Positions 17,401 through 23,166 of a stretch of 26,624 nt of DNA are shown here, one piece after another. How positions within the stretch are numbered: the first letter of the stretch is position 1; every line of letters starts with the position of its first letter. A program made the translations under genes and the position numbers. The stretch is from Clostridia bacterium (lineage in GTDB: Bacteria; Bacillota; TC1; JBAXCZ01). The stretch lies in assembly GCA_037141195.1 (NCBI GenBank), contig JBAXCZ010000027.1, forward strand, positions 1 to 26,624. The letters run 5' to 3'. Below the pieces are notes generated by a model, which worked only from the letters and a program-made list of their open reading frames with translations, was not told the DNA's origin and did no database searches.

Positions 17401-18385
17401 CTTCACCCTGTTTTTCATTTTCAATAAATAGACCAATTTCTGTGCTAGTTTTACCAATGACCTCTTCTTTTGTATATCCCAGATTATTTAAAAAAGTTGA
17501 GTTAACATCTGTAAATTTCTTATCCAGCAAATTTGTTACTGCCATCAATGCTGGATTATTATCAAAGATTTTTTGAAATTTATCAAATGCTGCCTGTTGC
17601 AAGGTCAAATCTTTGGAAATGCCAAAAATGCAGTCCATCCCGTCCCATTTGCCAAACCACACTCTAGTCTCTACAGGTAAATAGCTTTTATCTTTTCTGC
17701 CAAGGGGCAAGGGGCAAGAGCTTCTCTTACCTGCAAACATATCACCAAAAATTACCTCTGCTTCCGCTCTTTTTTCTGCTGGATGTACGTCGAGAATATG
17801 CATACCGATTAGTTCTTCTAAAGTATAACCCAGCTTAGCAAGTGCTGCAGCATTCGCATAAATAATTTTACCTTCTGGGCTGCCAACTAGGAAGATATCA
17901 TCCACGGTTTCAAAGAATGTGCGAAAGTTGGCTTCGCTTTCTCTTAATTTTGCTTCTACATTTTTTTGCTGGCTGATATCTTCGAAAAGGTAGAAACGCC
18001 CAAAGTAAGCATCGTTCTCTCCACGTATTTGGGTAGAGAATCTGCGAATTGTCCTTCCATCTAAAAAAGGAATATAATCTTCAATTGTAATACGATTTTC
18101 TTCACTTTGTAATGGCTTACAAGATTCAGCAAAAGCTGGTACATCTGCTAAAACAGCCAGACAGTCTGGTATAATCTGATTATTTGTAAGTTCTCCCCTT
18201 TGCATTTGTGCTTCTAAGTGTGTTATTCCCCAGATTTCGCAAAACTTATGATTAAAATGCAAAATCTCATCGGTGCGATTATCTACAACAAAAAAAGCAA
18301 ACGGCGAGGTTTTAGTCATCATTTTTAAAAATAATTCATTTTCAATACCCTTATTAACTATTTTTCCTTCTTTATCAATATTCAT
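14450..18385 (-). CDS. Cytoplasmic hybrid sensor histidine kinase with a PAS x4-GAF sensor, HisKA, HATPase_c, a receiver and an HPt domain, 1311 aa
   Basis: ATG with the SD GGAGG. The H-box is MSHEIRTPINGL. The ATPase has DTGIGI...GTGLGLAI. The receiver has VLVVEDNELNQ...LMDIRMPDMDGY...ISKPI. The HPt motif is LVHTVKGVAGHIAAEK. The N-terminal ~690 aa are paralogous to 10226-12916. Confidence 0.9.
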   Translation of the reverse strand: MNIDKEGKIVNKGIENELFLKMMTKTSPFAFFVVDNRTDEILHFNHKFCEIWGITHLEAQMQRGELTNNQIIPDCLAVLADVPAFAESCKPLQSEENRITIEDYIPFLDGRTIRRFSTQIRGENDAYFGRFYLFEDISQQKNVEAKLRESEANFRTFFETVDDIFLVGSPEGKIIYANAAALAKLGYTLEELIGMHILDVHPAEKRAEAEVIFGDMFAGKRSSCPLPLGRKDKSYLPVETRVWFGKWDGMDCIFGISKDLTLQQAAFDKFQKIFDNNPALMAVTNLLDKKFTDVNSTFLNNLGYTKEEVIGKTSTEIGLFIENEKQGEALNVLLQEGKLINFELQAKKKDGGIIDGLFSGEIIDNQLEQSYLTVMNDITEIRKIERDLVKTEENFSSIMNNMLDFVWSSAWPSLENFYVSPSAKDLFGVDECVVNKNTFNWNEFIHPEDKQSLSNKLATLEELGNSQHEFRIIRANGEIIWVDERMKLIYDRNKQPIRVDGIIRDITAKKKQDEQIEYYSTMQDLILKISSVYINIDLSEFENILEESLQELAEFVGADRSYIFDYDFVKNTTSNTHEWCSESINAEIMNLQNIPLVAIPQWVEKHALGEAFYVDDVSLLPQDGIGGLREVLEPQGIKSLITVPMLSDGILIGFVGFDAVKSKHFYTDKEKELLVIFAQMLVNVKKRINTEQSLHLANEEAIRANNIKTQFLSNMSHEIRTPINGLIAYVELLNNFTLTEKQHDYLDKIKSSSKLLLAIINDILDLDKIESKNVILRTERFNLRASLDAAANLLQQIIELKGLKILINIEENVPSNLIGDSIRLQQILANLLSNAVKYTNKGEVVVRVKVAENCKDYLRLHFSIRDTGIGIEEEVGKHIFEPFYQVDTENSRSYSGTGLGLAITKKYVELFGGEIWFQSEIGSGSTFFFTACFNHINKNYGILEPNNQFIFKAPRREIIEQLEGMHVLVVEDNELNQDVLFEILHLAKIKVTMTHSGAAAVAYIKKKNYDMVLMDIRMPDMDGYQATKEIRKFRSFEDLPIIAVSASSFLDEKEKCLEAGINDFISKPITTVVLFNKMALWHKHSSIPNVLAVAEEFVEYHPIEEKIVLDELTREIVKVLEPAGIDYLKALSSLEYNEELLKKILRKFHKNQYSTIVDIKKALSCGKLEIAERLVHTVKGVAGHIAAEKVVKSAIALENALKNKQLAELNVLTDDLDEALLEAFNALGNLNDRKLVAKGNPIGIADFSSISSLKKELALLLQENDMASVNCLEGILRQTECLNSNEKFLDIKACLDDYRFEAALQILKELD
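16330..18344. repeat. About 2.0 kb segmental duplication, copy B. It encodes the sensor module of the hybrid kinase.
   Basis: See copy A (10886-12902). The duplication ends exactly at the linker before the kinase core (LVNVKKRI), after which the two genes diverge completely. Confidence 0.75.
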
Positions 18386-18630
18386 TAGGCCTTAACCTCC
18401 ATTTAATAAATAATTGTGTAACACTCCACTTTATAGGCTACATTTATTTTTTTTTATCTTTAGTTTTATAAAAGTATTGAAAAATAAAAAACTGCCCAAG
18501 TATTTTCGGTTACGCTACTAGCTCGCATAGGGGAAAGCGTCCAAATACTCCGCCCATGGTCATCACTCAAATTCTCTAACAGTTATTGTAACTTTACTTC
18601 TATTTATTGCTATTGTCAATTAAATTCATT

Positions 18631-19485
18631 TTAGCTTAATTCTTTAAGTTCATAGCTATTTTTCGAGCTTATTCCTATATATTTACTGTCATACATTAAT
18701 TTCGCATGATTTTTTTTAATTAGCTTACTTGATAGAATATTTCCTGTTGTACAGTCTAAAGTTTCCCGCAAAATTTTACCGTTTCGATAATAACCATCAT
18801 CTTCTTTGGAAAAATATTCATCTTCTACTTTAATGTGATATTTTGTGCTTAATGGCTTGTTGGCTCTTATTTCACCACATAAATATTTATCAGTTGTTGC
18901 AACAACAACTTGAAAATCTTGCTCAGTAGGGTTCATAAACCTATAATCCAAATAATTATAGGCAATAGATGTTCCAGTACCGAAAGGGATTTGCCTGCCA
19001 TAATCAGGAAACATGTCTAGCCCATCGTGATGATGATGCTCCACTATCTCTAATGGCGTGTGTAAGATCAACCAATGAATTAAATTTGTTAATTGACACA
19101 TCCCACCTCCAATACCGCTGGTAGCTTTACCATTGCTAAGTAGTAGCCCTGCTTGATAACCCTTTGCCTTATTACAAGACCCCACCAAGTGCCAGAAGGA
19201 AAAGACTTCGCCAGGTTTAATGATAATACCACTTAACTTTCTTGTAGCTAGCTTTAAGTTCAAGGCTTTGTTCTCCTGCAGCTGCATATCTACATTACCA
19301 AGTTTTCTTCTAATCAGAGATTTACTTGAATATATAATTATTGGGAGTAATTCTTTTTGTCTTTGCTTAGCAAAACTAACTTTCGAAAAAATATCCTGCA
19401 TTTTTCGCACTATTTGACATTTTATACTGGATAATTTATAGGTAAATGGAGAGATCTCGCAAAATAATTTTCTCTTTTTTTCCAT
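18631..19485 (-). CDS. vanW: VanW-family protein, 284 aa
   Basis: ATG with the SD GGGAGGG. It contains the conserved VanW core ...GKATSGIGGGMCQLTNLIHW... Confidence 0.8.
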   Translation of the reverse strand: MEKKRKLFCEISPFTYKLSSIKCQIVRKMQDIFSKVSFAKQRQKELLPIIIYSSKSLIRRKLGNVDMQLQENKALNLKLATRKLSGIIIKPGEVFSFWHLVGSCNKAKGYQAGLLLSNGKATSGIGGGMCQLTNLIHWLILHTPLEIVEHHHHDGLDMFPDYGRQIPFGTGTSIAYNYLDYRFMNPTEQDFQVVVATTDKYLCGEIRANKPLSTKYHIKVEDEYFSKEDDGYYRNGKILRETLDCTTGNILSSKLIKKNHAKLMYDSKYIGISSKNSYELKELS

Positions 19486-19636
19486 TTTGTCCCTCCCAAA
19501 TATAATTAACCATTAAAGATAGTATTCACTTACTTAGCCTTAAAAGCTCCATTTTCGCAAACTAATTCATAGCTCTTAATTTTTTCTTTAGCTTATTTAT
19601 CAATAAATAAGCAAGTATACATATTTCATGTTACGA

Positions 19637-19674
19637 TAAGAGGGCAAGTAGCCAACTAGCTATTTGCCCTCTTA
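19637..19674 (-). terminator. Hairpin downstream of small-protein gene A. It is a weak terminator candidate.
   Basis: An 11-bp stem TAAGAGGGCAA / TTGCCCTCTTA with a 16-nt loop. The U-tract on the minus strand is poor, so confidence is low. Confidence 0.3.
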
Positions 19675-19696
19675 AAAACTTATTTTTTTCGCTCTT

Positions 19697-19807
19697 TTAA
19701 TACTGTTTTTTCGCCTTTTTTGTTGCTCCTGTAGAATTTGGAGCAATTACTGTTTTGTCAGCTTTTTTCTTCTTTTCTTCTTTTTTCTTTGGACTTTTAT
19801 CTCCCAT
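19697..19807 (-). CDS. Small lysine-rich protein A, 36 aa: MGDKSPKKKEEKKKKADKTVIAPNSTGATKKAKKQY
   Basis: ATG at 19807 preceded by a perfect SD (GGAGGttttcacc, 8 nt spacing). A TATAAT -10 sits at 19828-19833 on the minus strand. I translated it by hand codon by codon. It is a paralog of 21973-22083. It is below the ORF-track length cutoff. Confidence 0.55.
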   Translation of the reverse strand: MGDKSPKKKEEKKKKADKTVIAPNSTGATKKAKKQY

Positions 19808-19965
19808 GGTGAAAACCTCCTAAAATTTATTAGCTTGATTATACTCTTTTTCTGCTATTTTCGCTATCTACAAATGCAAAAATCTAATTATTTTTATAAT
19901 TTTAGTGACTAATTTTTAATATTCACAGCTTAAAGTATATATAAGTTGATTGTTGGGCAGATGCA

Positions 19966-20895
19966 CTACTTTTCTTCCAGCTTTTTTTGGATAAACTGAC
20001 ATACTTCATTCATTGCTTGGGTCGCTTCTGGAAACATCGGTGCCATTAGGGGAAAACAATGAAACATCCCTTCCCATAGATGCAGTTGTACTTCCACACC
20101 TGCATTTTCGGCATTTTTAGCCAAGCGTACAGCATCGTCTAGCAGTGTTTCATTTTCTCCTACTTGAATCATTAAGGGCGGTAGCCCTACCAAATTACCA
20201 AAAAGTGGCGACATATAAGGGTCGCTAGGATCACTTTCACCAATATAATAACTTGTATAAGTTTCGGTTGCACCTTGTGGTGTAGCAGGATCAAGTTTTG
20301 CTTTAGTCTTATGGGATTCACCCGAGCAAGTTAAATCTGTGCATGGAGAAAATACAACGATAGCTGCAGGTAAGGCTAGCTTTTTATCTTTTAGCACTAG
20401 TATTGTACTTAGTGCAATACCTCCACCTGCTGAATCCCCTGCAATAATGATGTTTTGTCCTTGATATCCACTACTAAGCAACCATTCATAAATGGCCACT
20501 CCATCATTTATAGCCGCTGGGAAGGGATGTTCTGGTGCTAAGCTATAATCGAAGGTCAAGGCCTGCACTCCACATTTTTCCACAAATTTTGCTACCAAGC
20601 CACGATGATCTTTACTTGTTCCCATGACAAAGCCACCTCCGTGAAAATAGAGAATTACTTGCTCTTTTTTACACTCTCTAGGTATTAACCACTCTGCATA
20701 AAAGTTAGGAAAATCAGCTGGTTGTATCTCCACTCCAATGGGAATTTTTGCCATTTTTGCCGCAGACTTCTCTACATCATCCCTCAGCTTTTGAATAGAG
20801 GTATTCCGATCTATAACTTGACTTTTCAGCTGTCCCTTTAGTAAATGTCTATATCTTAAAATTATACTAAATATCTTGCCTCTCAGACTTGCCAT
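19966..20895 (-). CDS. Alpha/beta-hydrolase fold-3 esterase/lipase (hormone-sensitive-lipase family), 309 aa
   Basis: It has the oxyanion-hole HGGGF motif and the nucleophile elbow GDSAGG. The ATG overlaps the upstream stop as TAATG, which indicates translational coupling. The SD is AGGAG. Confidence 0.85.
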   Translation of the reverse strand: MASLRGKIFSIILRYRHLLKGQLKSQVIDRNTSIQKLRDDVEKSAAKMAKIPIGVEIQPADFPNFYAEWLIPRECKKEQVILYFHGGGFVMGTSKDHRGLVAKFVEKCGVQALTFDYSLAPEHPFPAAINDGVAIYEWLLSSGYQGQNIIIAGDSAGGGIALSTILVLKDKKLALPAAIVVFSPCTDLTCSGESHKTKAKLDPATPQGATETYTSYYIGESDPSDPYMSPLFGNLVGLPPLMIQVGENETLLDDAVRLAKNAENAGVEVQLHLWEGMFHCFPLMAPMFPEATQAMNEVCQFIQKKLEEK

Positions 20896-21182
20896 TACAC
20901 CTGCTCCTGTTCATCCATTTTCGACATGTTTTTCCAATACTCTCTACCGTCTTTTGTCCTGCAAAGTAAATCACTATCAATTAATCCTCTTCGTAAAATA
21001 AAGTAGTCACCGATTGTACTCCATAAATTTAGTAGCTGGTTAACTTCTTTTTCCGAATATCTTATTTCTCCAGCAAATTTACTACTTAAATATAAAAATA
21101 TTTCTTGTCGCATAGTATTTTTAGCTGGTAATTGCTTAACTCTGCCTTCTTCATCTAAAAATTTACTACATTTTACTTCCAT
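20895..21182 (-). CDS. DUF2087-domain protein, about 95 aa
   Basis: The sequence ...LPAKNTMRQEIFLYLSSKFAGEIRYSEKEVNQLL...ILRRGLIDSDLLCRTKDGREYW fits the DUF2087 pattern. I place the start at ATG 21182 (MEVK...), which has a GGAGG SD at 9 nt. The gene overlaps the TetR 3' end by 17 nt. Confidence 0.7.
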   Translation of the reverse strand: MEVKCSKFLDEEGRVKQLPAKNTMRQEIFLYLSSKFAGEIRYSEKEVNQLLNLWSTIGDYFILRRGLIDSDLLCRTKDGREYWKNMSKMDEQEQV

Positions 21183-21792
21183 TATTCTCATCCTCCAAAA
21201 ACATATTTATGATAAGCTGAGTATTTTTCACCACTAGGCTAGCTGGGTGATTTGCTCGGTAAATTGCCAAACCATTAATTGTTGTCCAGAAAATTAAGGC
21301 TAATTCTTCTGGGTCTGCCTGAATGATTGTGCCTGCTTTTTGACCAGCGACCATAATCTTGGCAAGCTCTTGATACGGAATAGCCCGCTTTGTTTCTAGT
21401 ATTTTTTTCGTCTCCTCTGGAATTGCTCGGAGATTTGTGGTTTGGCTAATTAGGCAACTGGTTTGGACAAAAGCATCACTGCTTGCAATAGTTTTCAACA
21501 TTTCATTAATGGCAAGACTAATTTTTTCATGTGGTGGCAGTGGCATGGCTTGCAGGGAAAATACGGCGCTATTCAATTTATCTAAAGCATTTTCTATCAG
21601 TTCTACATAAATTTTCTCTTTGGAGTTGTAGTAATGATACATTAATCCCTGAGACATGCCTGCCGCGGTGGCAATATCCTTAATCTTTGTAGCGGCAAGA
21701 CCATAAGTTGAGAATTGTTTGAGTGCTTCTACGAGTATTTTTTCTTTTCTCTCTGTCCTCATGCTTGCATTTTGTTCTTGATTTCTTCCCAA
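21166..21792 (-). CDS. TetR/AcrR-family transcriptional regulator
   Basis: The N-terminal helix-turn-helix is ILVEALKQFSTYGLAATKIKDIATAAGMSQGLMYHYYNSKEKIY. The ORF-track start at 21837 is a TTG with no SD. I prefer TTG 21792 (SD AAAGGAGA, 7 nt). ATG 21762 is the alternative. Confidence 0.75.
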   Translation of the reverse strand: MGRNQEQNASMRTERKEKILVEALKQFSTYGLAATKIKDIATAAGMSQGLMYHYYNSKEKIYVELIENALDKLNSAVFSLQAMPLPPHEKISLAINEMLKTIASSDAFVQTSCLISQTTNLRAIPEETKKILETKRAIPYQELAKIMVAGQKAGTIIQADPEELALIFWTTINGLAIYRANHPASLVVKNTQLIINMFLEDENNGSKM

Positions 21793-21912
21793 AGCTGTTC
21801 TCCTTTTCCACTTAAATTTGATTGAACTTTCATTCAATATAATAAAATATTTTTACATTTATGTCAACAGCTTCCTAAGCATTTTTTAGATAAACTCTAG
21901 ACATTTTACTTA

Positions 21913-21953
21913 TAAAAAAATATGGACAACTGGCTAAACGCCAATTATCCATA
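21913..21953 (-). terminator. Rho-independent terminator of small-protein gene B
   Basis: On the minus strand, TATGGATAATTGG-cgtttag-CCAGTTGTCCATA is followed by TTTTTTTATAAG. Confidence 0.6.
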
Positions 21954-21972
21954 CTTCTTGCATATTATATAG

Positions 21973-22083
21973 CTATTTCGGTCTTTTTACCGTATCCATA
22001 ATTGATGAACTTGGTGTATTAGTAGCCTTCTTATCAGTTTTTTTCTTCTTCTTTTCTTTATCCTTAGGACTCTTGTCTCCCAT
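21973..22083 (-). CDS. Small lysine-rich protein B, 36 aa: MGDKSPKDKEKKKKKTDKKATNTPSSSIMDTVKRPK
   Basis: ATG at 22083 with a perfect SD (GGGAGGtagttact, 8 nt). An upstream TTGCAA-N18-TATATT promoter-like pair is present. It has its own terminator. The first 18 aa are nearly identical to protein A. Confidence 0.55.
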   Translation of the reverse strand: MGDKSPKDKEKKKKKTDKKATNTPSSSIMDTVKRPK

Positions 22084-22157
22084 AGTAACTACCTCCCATC
22101 ATCTAGAATATAATTGTACGAGTTAACAAGTTGCAAAATATGGGTGCAACTTTCTAT

Positions 22158-22553
22158 TTATTCAAAATCAATTTCATTAGCTACTTTTTTAGCAGTCTTA
22201 TTGATGTCCTTGGTGATTTTCTGATATCCTTTTTCTAATTCATTTTTGACAATTTCAGTTTTCTCTTGTACTTTCTGTAGCACATGTACAACTTCCTCAG
22301 AAGCATCTTTAGCTGATGCTTTCACTTTTTCTGTTTGCTCTTGGAGCTTATGCTTGAGAGCTGATGCTGTTTGTACTGCCTTCTTTTCTAAATCTTCTCT
22401 TGTTTGTTTATTCTGCAGTGAAATAACAATTCCAGTTGCTACTCCTGCTGCTACTGCAATTCCTAAACCTACAGCTATTTTTTTCATCTTTTTCATTCTA
22501 GCTCTCCTCCTCAGCTTTTTACCTACTTTATCCATTAAGGTTTTCAACATCAT
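22158..22553 (-). CDS. YtxH-like (DUF948) membrane-anchored coiled-coil protein
   Basis: The ORF-track start is a GTG extension. The true start is probably ATG 22553 (MMLKT...) with a GGAGG SD 7 nt upstream. There is a basic N-terminus, a transmembrane helix IAVGLGIAVAAGVATGIVI, and a K/E-rich helical tail (QTREDLEKK...). Confidence 0.6.
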   Translation of the reverse strand: MMLKTLMDKVGKKLRRRARMKKMKKIAVGLGIAVAAGVATGIVISLQNKQTREDLEKKAVQTASALKHKLQEQTEKVKASAKDASEEVVHVLQKVQEKTEIVKNELEKGYQKITKDINKTAKKVANEIDFE

Positions 22554-22693
22554 TTTATAGCCTCCTATATTTGCAATAAAATTATACTCCACTTATTATT
22601 TTAAATAGCATTTCAGAGTGGAAGCTGAAATAGTGTCCAGCCAAGAAATTTTGATAATCTGTTTTCTTACTAAAATAAGTAAATACTATTGCT

Positions 22694-22978
22694 CTAATTA
22701 TCTATATCACTTCTTAAATGTTCAATCGAATAATTTTTTCTAATTCCTTCCTTGGGTAAGGACTTTATCACCTGTGCAATATCCTTTTCCTCAAGGCTTT
22801 CCAAATACTCAATTAGTGCTGAAATTCTTTCATACTCTACCAGGGAAAATAAAACTGCATCTGGCTGATTATTTTTCAGCACAAATATTTTACCTAAGCT
22901 TTCTGCCTTTTCCCTACATGCTTTGTAATTCTTGATCATATCAGAATTAGAAACTATTGCGCTTGTTGACATGTTCAT
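22694..22978 (-). CDS. Phd/YefM-family antitoxin-like protein. It appears orphan, with no adjacent toxin ORF.
   Basis: ...NYKACREKAESLGKIFVLKNNQPDAVLFSLVEYERISALIEYLE matches the Phd/YefM fold pattern. I place the start at ATG 22978 (MNMSTS..., SD GGGGA at 8 nt) rather than the ORF-track ATG at 22987. Confidence 0.6.
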   Translation of the reverse strand: MNMSTSAIVSNSDMIKNYKACREKAESLGKIFVLKNNQPDAVLFSLVEYERISALIEYLESLEEKDIAQVIKSLPKEGIRKNYSIEHLRSDIDN

Positions 22979-23124
22979 TGGAACCATCCCCTAACTTTTT
23001 CTATCTAGTTATATCATACGCTTATAATAACAATTTATCAATATATTTTTCTAATTATTATTAATATAATAGTTGTTATATATATGGATATTCTGAATGC
23101 AAGAAAATGTATTACATTTCTCCG

Positions 23125-23156
23125 AAAAAAGAACGAGCCCAACACTGAGCTCGTTC
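23125..23156 (-). terminator. Rho-independent terminator of the flotillin gene
   Basis: Stem GAACGAGC / GCTCGTTC with a 10-nt loop, followed on the minus strand by TTTTTTCGGAG. Confidence 0.55.
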
Positions 23157-23166
23157 CGAAAAAATA

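Noticed and set aside
18480-18560. Locally GC-rich patch (ctgcccaagtattttcggttacgctactagctcgcataggggaaagcgtccaaatactccgccc) between VanW and the hybrid kinase. I considered a small RNA or a tRNA fragment.
   Set aside because: I could find no stable inverted repeats longer than 7 bp, no cloverleaf, and only a 17-codon ORF without an SD. It is probably just promoter or UTR sequence.
21921-21953. Imperfect inverted repeat TATGGACAACTGG-N7-CCAATTATCCATA as a TetR operator
   Set aside because: It is followed on the minus strand by a run of seven T's and lies immediately 3' of the small lysine-rich gene. It is better explained as that gene's intrinsic terminator. The real TetR operator was not identified.
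22593-22693. Search for a toxin gene or remnant downstream of the Phd/YefM-like gene
   Set aside because: The longest ORF in either orientation is about 9 codons, and there is no recognisable toxin motif.
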